Positions 23,079 through 32,454 of a stretch of 33,261 nt of DNA are shown in pieces; positions within the stretch are counted from its first letter, which is position 1; each line of letters begins with the position of its first letter. Origin of the DNA: a virus (lineage: Duplodnaviria > Caudoviricetes); the IMG/VR virus record IMGVR_UViG_3300037462_000170, positions 1 through 33,261 of that record; one strand, written 5' to 3'. The position numbers were made by a program, and so were the translations under genes. The notes below the pieces were generated by a model. The model was given only the letters and a program-made list of their open reading frames with translations. It was not told where the DNA came from and did not search any database.

Positions 23079-23531
23079 TCACACCCCCGCGCGGCAGGCC
23101 GCGACCACGTTGCCGGAAACCGCCGTCACCGCGCGCCAGCGGGCGTGCTGCTCGGGCTGCAGCTCGCACTCATAGGCCCAGGTGACGTCGTAGTCGTCCT
23201 GCGCCTTGCCGTGCGCAGCCAGCCAGGCCACCGCGTCGCGCCGCGACAGGTCGCCGTTGCCGGTGGCGCGCATGCGGCCCCAGGCCACTTCGCTGATCGG
23301 GATGCGTTCGCCGGTGCTGGTGCAGTAGTAGCCGGGCGTCCGTTTGAGCGTGTAGACCAGCGGCTCGGGGTCGGCGTGCAGCGTGAGCGTGTTGCCGCTG
23401 ATGTCGGCCCAGCCTTCGGCCATGGCCTGCTCGATGAGGCGGTGGCTGAAGTTCTGCTGCGGCTTCAGCCCGGTGTGCAGGATCTGCACGCCGGTGCATC
23501 GGCCGCCGTCGTGCTTGCGCTTGAGCATCAT
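23079..23531 (-). CDS. Hypothetical protein
   Basis: GGAG RBS; in-operon position. Confidence 0.7.
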   Translation of the reverse strand: MMLKRKHDGGRCTGVQILHTGLKPQQNFSHRLIEQAMAEGWADISGNTLTLHADPEPLVYTLKRTPGYYCTSTGERIPISEVAWGRMRATGNGDLSRRDAVAWLAAHGKAQDDYDVTWAYECELQPEQHARWRAVTAVSGNVVAACRAGV

Positions 23532-23558
23532 GTTCGGGGTCTCCGGGTTGAGCGGCGG

Positions 23559-24011
23559 TCAGCCGATGCGATACCAAGCCTCGTTCACGGCGTCGAAGCG
23601 AAGCCGGAAGAAGCCGCCAGCGGCCAGGGTGGTCGGGGCGCCAGAGATGCCGGCGCCGTTGGCGTCGACGGTCAGCGCGGTGATGATCTGCGTCGAGTGC
23701 AGCAGCAGTTCCTGCCCGTGCTGGCACTGGTCTTTCAGCGGCAGCAGCACGGTCAGCGTCGCCAGCGTCGCCAGCGGGGTCAGCAGCATCATCACGCTGC
23801 CGCCGGCCTGGAATGGCAGGATCGACACGGTGTCGCCGGTGCCGGGCGTCTCGTATGCGCTGATGAAGTCGTCAGCGGAGCCCAGCAGCTCCTGGATGAT
23901 GCCGGCCAGTTCCAGCAGCGACGCGCGCCGGTCCTGGCCGTTGGTCGGGTCGTAGAACGGCACCTGACTGGCGCCGGTGGCGGTGCCCGTGTTGAGCTTT
24001 TCGATCGCCAT
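23559..24011 (-). CDS. Putative virion protein downstream of gp4-like gene
   Basis: YDPTNGQDRRASL...GQELL..STQIITALT...GAPTTLAAGGFFRLRFD....WYR. Confidence 0.75.
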   Translation of the reverse strand: MAIEKLNTGTATGASQVPFYDPTNGQDRRASLLELAGIIQELLGSADDFISAYETPGTGDTVSILPFQAGGSVMMLLTPLATLATLTVLLPLKDQCQHGQELLLHSTQIITALTVDANGAGISGAPTTLAAGGFFRLRFDAVNEAWYRIG

Positions 24012-24017
24012 CGCGGG

Positions 24018-24503
24018 TCACTCCTGCAGGATGTCGAGGGACTGCCCGGCGCCTTCGCGCAGCGGCGAGGTGTCGGGCGTCGGGAAGTAGGCCGGCAGGC
24101 CCACGCGCGGGCCGTTGCCAGCGCCGAGAGGCATGGTCCCGGGCAGTTGCTGCGGCACGGGGCGGGCGGCGGCCCACAGCAGGGCGTCGAAGCCGTCGCG
24201 GGCGGTGGCCAGCGTGGCGGCGTGCAGCGTCTTGCCGAAGCCCGGCGCCAGGCGCACGGCCAGATTGATGGCGACCGTCTCGGCCGCGCTGTCGGGGATG
24301 CCGCTCTCGGTGTCGGGGTCGGCCGCTTCTGGGCTGGCCGGGAAGGCGTAGCCCACGCGCACCCCGCGCGCCTCCCAGGTGGCCATCATGGCGTCGAGTC
24401 GACGCAGCGCGGTCTGCTCCATCTCGGGCGAGATGTCCCACTCGTCACCGGCCAAGGCCAGCTCGCCGAAGGCCTCGCGGATCAGGTCGCGCTTGGTCCA
24501 CAT
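24018..24503 (-). CDS. P22 gp4-like head-to-tail adaptor
   Basis: WTKRDLI..AF.EL...ALRRLDAMMATW...NLAVRLAP.FGK...MP.GAGN. Confidence 0.85.
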   Translation of the reverse strand: MWTKRDLIREAFGELALAGDEWDISPEMEQTALRRLDAMMATWEARGVRVGYAFPASPEAADPDTESGIPDSAAETVAINLAVRLAPGFGKTLHAATLATARDGFDALLWAAARPVPQQLPGTMPLGAGNGPRVGLPAYFPTPDTSPLREGAGQSLDILQE

Positions 24504-24507
24504 GGCA

Positions 24508-24867
24508 TCAGGCCTTCATCGCGGCGTCGATGCGCTCGGTCAGCGTCTTGTCGCTGGTGCGGCCGTCGAACTTCACGCCCAGCTCGGTGGCCTTCTGCTC
24601 CAGCTCGGCGCGCGTCGGGGGCGCGGCGTCGGCGGGAACCACCGCAGCATTCGCGCCGGCATCAGCAGCGCCCGCGGCAGCGGCAGGCTGTGCAGCCAGT
24701 GCGGCGGCCTCGTGTGCGGCCTTGGCGGCGTACTGGTCGAGGAACCACCCATCCGCCAGCGCTGCATCGAGGTCGTCCTTCGTGTGCACGACGCGAAGGT
24801 CGTACTTGCCCGATTCGAGCTGCCACTGCGTGCCAACGCGCACCAGCATGAATGTCTGATCTTCCAT
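24508..24867 (-). CDS. Hypothetical head-associated protein
   Basis: Start reset to MEDQTF (AAGGAG RBS); C-terminal PPTRAELEQKATELGVKFDGRTSDKTL motif. Confidence 0.75.
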   Translation of the reverse strand: MEDQTFMLVRVGTQWQLESGKYDLRVVHTKDDLDAALADGWFLDQYAAKAAHEAAALAAQPAAAAGAADAGANAAVVPADAAPPTRAELEQKATELGVKFDGRTSDKTLTERIDAAMKA

Positions 24868-24927
24868 CCGGTTCTCCTTGAAAAGCGGGGCCGCCGTTTC
24901 CAGCGACCCCGAACCCTGTTGCAACGA

Positions 24928-26151
24928 TCAGGTCTGGTTGGCCAGGATCAGGCCGCACTTCTCCGGGTCCAGCACCGTGGCCGCATACAGCGTGGTGTGC
25001 CGAACGAACAGCTTGCCGGTCTGGGCGTTGAGCTGCGCCACCATGACCAGCGGCACGCCGTTCTTCGTGGTGGCCGTCATCACCTCGGCGCCGGTGCCGG
25101 TCGGGAAGTTCAGCCGGCCGAAGTCCAGCGTGACAGCGCCCTGCGCCCAGAAGGCGTTCACCGACTTGGTGGCCGTGTTCAGGAACGTCAGCGGGGCGTT
25201 GTTGGCCGCCTGGGCGCTGCAGTTCTGGTACGGGCCGGTGATGACGATCTTCGGCGTGATGACGAGGTTTGCCGTGCCGGCGCCGCTGATGACGCGGAAC
25301 GTCATCGGGATGCCGGTGTCGCTCTTGTCGATCATGTGCACGGCATTGACGCCGCTGATCGTGAAGGCGTCGCCGTTCTTGATGTTGGCGATGTTGGCAC
25401 CCGACACCACCAGCGCGCCATAGCGGTTGTCGGTCGGCGCGCTGCCGGTCATGGCCGTGACCGTGTGCGACGTGTTGCCGCTGACCACCGTCGACGTGAC
25501 CGTGCCGACAGCGGCCAGATTCGACACGTTGTCGGTGCGGAATGTCTTGAAGGTGGCCACGTCCGGCACGCGCGAGCGGGCGTAGGCGTCCTTCGACCAG
25601 TCGCTCAGGTAGGCCTTGCCGCCCAGGTCGCCGCTGATCGACAGGTAGTCGAGCGGGTTCATGAACAGCTTCTTCTCGCCTTCGGCGATGCCGCGGGCGA
25701 TCATGTGGGCCTCGGCGGTGGCGCCGTCCGACCAGGCCAGCGCGCCGACCTTCTTCACGATCATGGCCGCATTCAGTCGCACCGCGTCATACAGGTTCTT
25801 GTCGATCTCGGCGGCCAGTCGCAGTGCGGCGGCACGGCCCATGCGCTGCATGTGCTGCGGGTCGCGCAGTTCCTTCGCGTCCAGCTCATAGATCACGTTG
25901 TCCGGCGTGCGGTACACCGTGGGCACGAAGCGCTCGATCACGTCGGTTCGCGTGCCGGCGGACACGTCCAGGCCGGTGACGACCGCGGCGTGGTAGTTCT
26001 GCTTCTTGTAGAAGGTGTCGCCGGCCCGCTGCATGGCGGTGGCGTCGGGGTAGGAAGTCTCGGCCTCGCGGCTGATGACGCAGGCGGCGTCGAAACCTTC
26101 GACGACTTCCTCAAACATCAGTTCGAGGTCTTGGGCAAGTGCGTTTGGCAT
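24928..26151 (-). CDS. Major capsid protein (P22 coat family)
   Basis: 407 aa after the scaffold gene; MPNAL..DLELMFEEVVEGF, MQRAGD, IKNGDAFTISGVNAVHMIDK.DTG motifs. Confidence 0.9.
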   Translation of the reverse strand: MPNALAQDLELMFEEVVEGFDAACVISREAETSYPDATAMQRAGDTFYKKQNYHAAVVTGLDVSAGTRTDVIERFVPTVYRTPDNVIYELDAKELRDPQHMQRMGRAAALRLAAEIDKNLYDAVRLNAAMIVKKVGALAWSDGATAEAHMIARGIAEGEKKLFMNPLDYLSISGDLGGKAYLSDWSKDAYARSRVPDVATFKTFRTDNVSNLAAVGTVTSTVVSGNTSHTVTAMTGSAPTDNRYGALVVSGANIANIKNGDAFTISGVNAVHMIDKSDTGIPMTFRVISGAGTANLVITPKIVITGPYQNCSAQAANNAPLTFLNTATKSVNAFWAQGAVTLDFGRLNFPTGTGAEVMTATTKNGVPLVMVAQLNAQTGKLFVRHTTLYAATVLDPEKCGLILANQT

Positions 26152-26299
26152 GGTGGCTCCTGAAGGGATGAATCACGGTTTGCGGCTTGCGCCGCGCTGC
26201 TTGACTCATCCGCTTAGGGCCGGACGGGGGCCTCTCGCACTGCCCGTTGAAGGTGGGCGAGACCTTGGCGCGCTGTCGCGGCGCCGGGCGGCCTGGTGG

Positions 26300-27238
26300 T
26301 CAGGCCGTCTTGCGCGCGGCGTTCTTGGCCGCGAAATACTTCGTGAAGTCTCTGGTGCGCTCGGCTTCGGCGTACAGCTCCTTCAGCCGGCCCTGCTGCA
26401 CGATGCCGGCGCCAGCACCAGGGCTGCGCACGCGCTGGTCGGGCGGCGGGGCGGTCTTGCGGGGGGCAGTCTTCACCTTGGCCTCCAGTTCCTTCAGCGC
26501 CCAGGTGAACTTCACCGGGTTCGTGATCGCGGCCAGCTGGCGCGCGGCCTTCGGGTTCTTGCCCAGGGCGTACCGCAGCAGCGCCGCGGTCTTCGGGTCG
26601 TCCGGGGCGTCGATGATGATGGCCTGCTGCATGACGCTGAACGTGTCCTCGAAGGCCGCGATCGCGTCGTCAGCGTCGGACACCTTCAGCCCGGCCGCGG
26701 CCTGGGTCACGCTCGCCAGCTTGGCCTGCCATTGCTGCTGCTGCTGCTCGGCGGCCTGCGCCTGGGCGCGCTGGTGCTGCTCGGCCGCGGCCTTGCGGGC
26801 GTGCCAGCCCTCCAGCTCGGCGGCGAACTTGTCCTCGTCGAAGTCGCAGGCGGCCAGCGTCGGCTTCTCGCCGATGACGATGGCCTGCTGCGCCGGCCGC
26901 GCGGTGGAAAGCTGCGCCTCCAACTCGCGGATGCGGCGCTCCTTCTCGCGGTTGGCCTTGCGCAGCTCGCGCACCCAGTCGGGGGCCTTGGCCTGGTCGG
27001 CGTCCGCCGCCGGCTCGTCGCCGATGGTGACGACCAGATCGGCGTCGTCGTTGGCTGCCGCGCCGCCTTCGCCCGCCTCGCCGGCTTCGTCCGTGGCGTC
27101 GCCTTCGGTGTCGGCCGCGGCATCGTCGGCCGCCTGGGCGCCGTCGTCGGCCTGCTGGCCGGCCTGCTGCTCGTCGCCTTCCTCGGCGCCGGGCTGCAGT
27201 TCGTCGTCGCGGTCCAGGGTGTCAGCGTCGCCGGGCAT
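26300..27238 (-). CDS. Scaffolding protein
   Basis: Acidic low-complexity N-terminus, APDWVRELRK, KPTL..CDFDEDKF, YALGKNP; lies between portal and coat. Confidence 0.85.
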   Translation of the reverse strand: MPGDADTLDRDDELQPGAEEGDEQQAGQQADDGAQAADDAAADTEGDATDEAGEAGEGGAAANDDADLVVTIGDEPAADADQAKAPDWVRELRKANREKERRIRELEAQLSTARPAQQAIVIGEKPTLAACDFDEDKFAAELEGWHARKAAAEQHQRAQAQAAEQQQQQWQAKLASVTQAAAGLKVSDADDAIAAFEDTFSVMQQAIIIDAPDDPKTAALLRYALGKNPKAARQLAAITNPVKFTWALKELEAKVKTAPRKTAPPPDQRVRSPGAGAGIVQQGRLKELYAEAERTRDFTKYFAAKNAARKTA

Positions 27239-27240
27239 GG

Positions 27241-27462
27241 TCAGGCTCCCGTCTCGATGTTGACGTTGCGCAGCTGCAGCCGCAGCGCGAAGGTGTTCGC
27301 GCCGGGCGGGTGCAGGCCCGGGATGCCCGTGCTTTCGACCACCGCGTCAGCCGTCAGGGCGTACACCGCGCCGATCTTCGGCAGCTCGGTGATGCCCAGC
27401 GCCGCCACTTGCTCGGGCAGCAGGGTGATCCGCGGCGGGTCGTTCAGCGGGACAGTCGGCAT
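27241..27462 (-). CDS. Small hypothetical protein
   Basis: ITL.PEQVAALGITELPKIG...LQL pattern; ends 2 nt before the scaffold start. Confidence 0.65.
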   Translation of the reverse strand: MPTVPLNDPPRITLLPEQVAALGITELPKIGAVYALTADAVVESTGIPGLHPPGANTFALRLQLRNVNIETGA

Positions 27463-27478
27463 GCCTGGAGCTCCGGTG

Positions 27479-27530
27479 TGTCTGGAATCCAGACAGCGCG
27501 AATTGTGCGCGATGTCTGATTTTCAGGCAA
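27479..27530 (-). promoter_or_regulatory. Putative promoter with downstream palindrome
   Basis: - strand TTGCCT (27530-27525)-17 nt-CACAAT (27507-27502), then perfect inverted repeat TGTCTGGA-A-TCCAGACA (27479-27495). Confidence 0.5.
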
Positions 27531-27533
27531 CGA

Positions 27534-29591
27534 TCATGCTCCGGCAGGCCGCGGCGGGCTCAAAAGCCGCTGCAATGCGTCCGCGCTGGCAATCTGCTGG
27601 CTGTTCACCTCGCCCATGGTCTCGGCCATGATCTTGGCCCGCTGCGCCTGCTTCAGATCGGCGTCGGCCACCTTCTGCACGGTGCTGGCGCGGGCGCTGG
27701 CCGCGTTCGCCTGGGCTTCCTCTGCCATGGCCAGCAGCGCCTGCTGCTGCGGGTCCGGCTGCTGGCCGGCGGCCTCCTGCGCCAGTTCGGCCTGCTCTTC
27801 TTCGGTGGGCTTGACGATGCCCATGCGCACACCGCGGCGCCGCGCCCAGTCCTGCACGTCGCCCAGGCCTTCGCCCTCGATGTTGGCCAGCGCGACCATG
27901 GTCAGCGCCTGCCGGGTCTCTTGGTCGTCTGTCATCCCCAGCAGCCCGGTGATTGCGCGCACGGTAGACGCGCGCTTGCTGCTCGACGACGGGCCGACAT
28001 CCACCGCCACGTCGAAGTGCGCCGCGGTCATGTCGTTCTCGACCACCTCGCGCGCCGTCTCATCGTCATAGCTGGGCTTGTTGATCACCACGCTGCCGGA
28101 CTTGCCGTCCGCGCTGATCGTCTTCATCTTGCGCGCCTGCTCGACGGCGATGTCTCGCATCATCGAGAGCCAGATTTCCCCGGCGCGCTTCATGCTCTTG
28201 GCAAGGTTCGACATGTAGATGAACACCTGCATGTCGAGCCGGTTCTGGATCAGCTCGACCGCCTTGCCGCTGATGTTCGGCCGCACTTCCTCGCCGGCCT
28301 GCTGGTTGCCCAGCAGATCGGACAGCGCCTGCTCGGCGATCTGCGCCAGGGCGGCCATCGCGGGCGGGATGTTCGGGGCCTTGGTGTAGTTCAGCGGCCC
28401 CGGCGGCTGCGGCTGGCCGTTGGCGTCCGTCACCTGATTGACCAGCAGGTAGGGCAGCTTGTCCACGTTGTCGCGCGCCCAGGTCATGGCGTGGCCGGCG
28501 ATCTGCTGGGGCGTGAAGATGGGCTTTTCGATGTCGAAGCGCCCGGCCATCTCGGCCAGCCACGACAGCAGCATGTTGTAGAGCCGCTGGGCGTCCTTCG
28601 CCAGCCGCACATGGCCCATGCAGCGCTCGATGCCGTCGACCACCCAGCGCTTGCCGTAGTAGGGCACGATGGGGATGCAGCGCCCGGCGATCTCCTCGCC
28701 GTCGCTCAGCATCTTGCCGCCGCTCATCATGTACTTCATCACGCGCTTGCGCTTGATGCGCTTCTGCCGCGTCTCGCGGAAGCCGGTCGCCAGCAGTTCC
28801 TCGAGCATCTCCGGGTCGGCGTCGAGCTCGGCCTGCGTGACGCGCATCTCGGGCGCCTCGTCGTCCAGGCCCTTGAAGAAGCGCACGAGCTCGGTTTCTT
28901 CCTCGATGCGGTAGTGCTCGCAGATCCAGGTCAGATCGGCGGCCGACCACTCGAACAGCCAAGGCGTGACCTCCTTCGGCCAGGTCGTCGGGTCGTCGCC
29001 GTATTCCTTGCGGTAGGCCTTGGTTGGCATGGGCGTGAGAACCCAGCACTTCTCGGCGTCGCTCTTGTCGTAGCGCTTGGCGCCCAGGTCGAAGAAGACG
29101 CAGGTGTCGGCGTCGAAGATCGGCTCCATCGCCACGCGCTGGCGGGTGTCCTCGTCGTCGTCCTCGTTCTCGTAGCAGGCGCGCAGCCGCCAGGCGCCGA
29201 AGCCGCCGCCTACGCCCTCCTCGAAGCAGTTGTCGTAGGCCTCATCGGCGCTGCACCGCTGCTCATCGGCCCGAAACAGGCCGTCGCAGGTGTCGGCCAT
29301 CTCGTTCTCGTCGCCGTCGTGCGGCTGGAAGTCGACGGTGATTCGGTTGGCGCGGTATTCGTTGAAGATGCGGATGACCGCCAGGTGGACCTTGTTGAAC
29401 TCGAAGCGCGCACGGTTGGCGAACTGGTCGCCCGCGGGGCCTTCCCATTGCTGGCCGCTGATCGAGTAGAAGCGGCGGTCCTCCAGCGCCTGCATGCGCT
29501 CTTCCCGCACCGCCGACCACACGTCGTCGAAGTCCTCCAGCGCCTCGCGGTGGATGCGGGCCAGCCGGTCTTCCTTGCTCTCTCGTGCCAT
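27534..29591 (-). CDS. Portal protein (P22-like)
   Basis: 685 aa; EDRRFYSISG.QWEG, FEFNKVHLAVIRI, GGFGAWRL, IPIVPYYGKRW, GHVRLAKDAQRL.NM. Confidence 0.93.
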   Translation of the reverse strand: MARESKEDRLARIHREALEDFDDVWSAVREERMQALEDRRFYSISGQQWEGPAGDQFANRARFEFNKVHLAVIRIFNEYRANRITVDFQPHDGDENEMADTCDGLFRADEQRCSADEAYDNCFEEGVGGGFGAWRLRACYENEDDDEDTRQRVAMEPIFDADTCVFFDLGAKRYDKSDAEKCWVLTPMPTKAYRKEYGDDPTTWPKEVTPWLFEWSAADLTWICEHYRIEEETELVRFFKGLDDEAPEMRVTQAELDADPEMLEELLATGFRETRQKRIKRKRVMKYMMSGGKMLSDGEEIAGRCIPIVPYYGKRWVVDGIERCMGHVRLAKDAQRLYNMLLSWLAEMAGRFDIEKPIFTPQQIAGHAMTWARDNVDKLPYLLVNQVTDANGQPQPPGPLNYTKAPNIPPAMAALAQIAEQALSDLLGNQQAGEEVRPNISGKAVELIQNRLDMQVFIYMSNLAKSMKRAGEIWLSMMRDIAVEQARKMKTISADGKSGSVVINKPSYDDETAREVVENDMTAAHFDVAVDVGPSSSSKRASTVRAITGLLGMTDDQETRQALTMVALANIEGEGLGDVQDWARRRGVRMGIVKPTEEEQAELAQEAAGQQPDPQQQALLAMAEEAQANAASARASTVQKVADADLKQAQRAKIMAETMGEVNSQQIASADALQRLLSPPRPAGA

Positions 29592-29671
29592 AGCGCGTCC
29601 CTGCTCAGGGTCGTGCGCTGCTGGCGGCGCGGTACTCAGCGGACCGGCGCGGGGCCGGTCGGGCAGGCCCG

Positions 29672-29700
29672 ATTATCGGGCGAAGGGGCCGGTTTGGCAC
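29672..29700 (-). promoter_or_regulatory. Possible promoter upstream of portal
   Basis: - strand GTGCCA-17 nt-GATAAT in the 180-bp intergenic gap. Confidence 0.3.
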
Positions 29701-29772
29701 ATTCGTCGGGGGACCGGCAGCTTGCCCCGCGAAAGGTGGCTTTCGCCGCCCATGTGCCATGGGCCATGAAGG

Positions 29773-30120
29773 TCAGTCGTCAACCTGATCCGGCGTCGGG
29801 TTCTCGTCGAAGCGCACGGCCTTGACCGTGGGCACGCCAAGCATCATGGCCTTCATCAGCCGGTGCCTGCCGTCCATCAACTCGCCATCCTCGTCGAGGA
29901 TGATCGGCGTCGACAGGTCGGCCGCCTGCACGGCCATCATGTGCATGACCATCTCGCGGAGCGTCAGCTTCTCATAGACGTAGTAGAGGCTGAGGTGATC
30001 CAGCGGGACATCCATGATCCGCAGCCCGCGCGCCAGCTCGAACAACCGCGCGACGCGCCAGCGGTGCCGTCCAAGGCGGCTCATCTGGTCGTGAGGGTGG
30101 CACCATTGCTCGATCTTCAT
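29773..30120 (-). CDS. ParB/Srx-like domain protein
   Basis: ADLSTPIILDEDGELMDGRHRLMKA motif. Confidence 0.8.
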   Translation of the reverse strand: MKIEQWCHPHDQMSRLGRHRWRVARLFELARGLRIMDVPLDHLSLYYVYEKLTLREMVMHMMAVQAADLSTPIILDEDGELMDGRHRLMKAMMLGVPTVKAVRFDENPTPDQVDD

Positions 30121-30123
30121 CGA

Positions 30124-31470
30124 TCACCTTCCTCGCGCATACGGGCTGACCATCGGGACGGGCTCGAAGTCCGCCATCTTCTCTTTCGCCGGTGCCGTGA
30201 TCGCCGGGAACAACTCGGCCAGCGCCCAGATCAGCGCATCGGCCCGGTTCGGGCTGCGAGCGCCGGTGTAGCCGAACGTCGAGAACGCGGCCAACTCGTC
30301 CTCAAGCGCCGAGAACATGCCGACGTGCCGCACCTTCCCCTGCTCGTACAGCGCCGAGAACGGCTCGGCGCGAACGTGCTTCCCGCGGCTGGCCGACACC
30401 TTGCGGAACGGCGTGCGAGGCCTGGCGACCTGAATCGTCTGCTGCACCATCGCGCCGCCGTAGTTCACCTCGCCGACCACGCAGTCGGCGCTGTGCCGGT
30501 CAAACGCGGATGCGGCCACGCGGCCCCAGGTTGCCGGCCCGGCCTTCAACGTGCAGTCCTCCAGCACGTAGGCCGCGCCATCGGTTCCGAGACCCACGAC
30601 CATGACGCCGATCTCGTCCTGGTCCGCGTTGTCGGCATCGTCAGCGCCCGATGGGTCGACCGACACGACCACGCGCGTCATTGTCGGCACCACACCGTCG
30701 AGCACGCGCCAGCGGTCGATGTGCTCCTCCGGGAACAGCGCGGACGGGTTCGCGTCAGCGAATCGCCCCTCAAGGAATCGCGCACGCATCCGCGCCGGGA
30801 GGCTCTCCAGCTGCGCCAGGTACTCCGGCGACAGGTTCGCCGCGTTGTCCTTCGGGTTGATCTGCACGCTGGCGTAGTCGCCGGGCCTGGGCAAGGCCAG
30901 CTTCGTGTCTGGGTCGACCTTCTGCACGAAGCGCCGATAGGTCCAGTGCGCCTTGTTCGGCGGGTTGCAGTCGTAGTAGGCCCGCAGCTTCAGAAGCTCG
31001 CCGGCCTTTCCTTCGATGTGCACCGGTGCGCGCTGGGCGAGGCGGGTCAGCGCCGTGTCCACGCTGCCCACCGGGATCTGGCTGCACTCGTTGAAGTACA
31101 GCGTGGCGAACTCCTGGCCGAGGATCTTTTCCGTCCGGTCCTTGTCGTCCAGGCCGGCAAACCAGACTTGCGAGCCGCCCGGCAGAGACCAATACCCGTC
31201 GATCTTGTGCAGTTCGTACTCCACGCCAGGGAACGCGGCGCGCATGACCTTCGGGAAGGTGTCGAGCACGATCGACGCGACGAGGTGCGACAGCCGGAAG
31301 CGGAAGATGCAGTGCCGACTGGCCGGCGCCTTCAGGGCGCGCATCACGACGTTGCGCGTCAGCAGGAAGGTCTTCCCGCTGCGGCTGCCGCCGAACAGCA
31401 TCAGGTGCGTCGCCGGTCCGGCCAGCACCTGCTGGGCTTCGTGCTGCCTGTCGGTGAGCGCGAAGGTCAC
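30124..31470 (-). CDS. terL: Terminase large subunit
   Basis: Walker A GGSRSGKT, Walker B region LYFNECSQ, DCNPP, nuclease motifs VVSVDPS and SPNRADALIWAL. Confidence 0.95.
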   Translation of the reverse strand: MTFALTDRQHEAQQVLAGPATHLMLFGGSRSGKTFLLTRNVVMRALKAPASRHCIFRFRLSHLVASIVLDTFPKVMRAAFPGVEYELHKIDGYWSLPGGSQVWFAGLDDKDRTEKILGQEFATLYFNECSQIPVGSVDTALTRLAQRAPVHIEGKAGELLKLRAYYDCNPPNKAHWTYRRFVQKVDPDTKLALPRPGDYASVQINPKDNAANLSPEYLAQLESLPARMRARFLEGRFADANPSALFPEEHIDRWRVLDGVVPTMTRVVVSVDPSGADDADNADQDEIGVMVVGLGTDGAAYVLEDCTLKAGPATWGRVAASAFDRHSADCVVGEVNYGGAMVQQTIQVARPRTPFRKVSASRGKHVRAEPFSALYEQGKVRHVGMFSALEDELAAFSTFGYTGARSPNRADALIWALAELFPAITAPAKEKMADFEPVPMVSPYARGR

Positions 31471-31775
31471 AGCTCAGCGTCTTCCTTGGACAGCTTGAGC
31501 ACGATCGCGCCGCCTTTGCCAGTGCCGTCGATGGTCAGCGGCAACACCTTGGCCAGCAGCCCGGCGTAGGCCTTCACGTCCTTCATCGCCACGTGCCGCA
31601 GGTAGCCGGTCAGACCATCCTTGCCTTTGCCGTCCTGCCCGACCTGTTCTGCCGCCAGCAAGATGGCCTCTTTCAGCGCGGCCGTGGTCTTGTTCGGCGT
31701 GCCAACAGGCCGGCCCATGCCAGCGCGCGGCGGCTTCTTCTTCGCAGCAGGCGTCAGTTCTTTTGTGGTTTTCAC
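31467..31775 (-). CDS. Probable terminase small subunit
   Basis: GRPVGTPNKTT..LKEAIL motif; overlaps the terL start. Confidence 0.7.
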   Translation of the reverse strand: MKTTKELTPAAKKKPPRAGMGRPVGTPNKTTAALKEAILLAAEQVGQDGKGKDGLTGYLRHVAMKDVKAYAGLLAKVLPLTIDGTGKGGAIVLKLSKEDAEL

Positions 31776-31972
31776 ACCACCAACTCCATCTGCTTCGACT
31801 CAACCTTCTTCCGCCGCGGCGCCAGCTCGAACAGCCGCGGCCGAGACACCTTCGGCGCCAGCAGCCCGAGTTTCCGCGCGCAGGTCGGCCCGGCGTATCC
31901 GGTGCCGTCCGCCGTGGTCACGGTGGCCGCTGCGCGCAGCAGGCGTCGGCCGCAGGCGTAGCAGTGCATCAC
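31772..31972 (-). CDS. Small Zn-binding hypothetical protein
   Basis: CYACGRRL...GPTCARK. Confidence 0.7.
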   Translation of the reverse strand: MMHCYACGRRLLRAAATVTTADGTGYAGPTCARKLGLLAPKVSRPRLFELAPRRKKVESKQMELVV

Positions 31973-32451
31973 GCCAGCCTCGCCTGCCCGTAGTGCGCCA
32001 GCAGCAGGGCCTCGGCGCGGTTGTGGTCCTTCACCCGGGCCAGCTTGTGGGCGGCCAGCGGGTAGAGCTCGCGGGCGATGTTCAGGCTTGCGTCCTTATC
32101 GGCGCCCAGGCCGTAGAACTTCTTCCACGTCCGCGGCAGCGCCCGCTTGATGGGCATGCGCAGAATCTCGGCCGTCGCCTCGATCACGCCCACACTGCGC
32201 ATCATCGACCCCATGGTCTGCACGGCGCTGCCGCCGATTGCCTGCACGTCCTCGATGACCACCATGCAGGCGTGGCCGGCCGGCGCCATGTGGCGCAGCA
32301 TGCGCGCCAGCTCAAGCCCGTCGACCCGCCGTTTGACCAGGCCGCCGCCTGGAATCGGCGTCGTCGGCAGGTCTTCCACGGCGCAGGTGCCGGCGCTGTC
32401 GACTGCGGCCACTGCGCCGGTCAGGCCTGGGTCGATGCCGAGGAAGATCAC
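31969..32451 (-). CDS. RuvC-like Holliday junction resolvase
   Basis: FLGIDPGLTGAVA, VVIEDV, P..WKK..GL, DHNRAEALLLA.YG. Confidence 0.88.
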   Translation of the reverse strand: MIFLGIDPGLTGAVAAVDSAGTCAVEDLPTTPIPGGGLVKRRVDGLELARMLRHMAPAGHACMVVIEDVQAIGGSAVQTMGSMMRSVGVIEATAEILRMPIKRALPRTWKKFYGLGADKDASLNIARELYPLAAHKLARVKDHNRAEALLLAHYGQARLA

Positions 32452-32454
32452 GCC

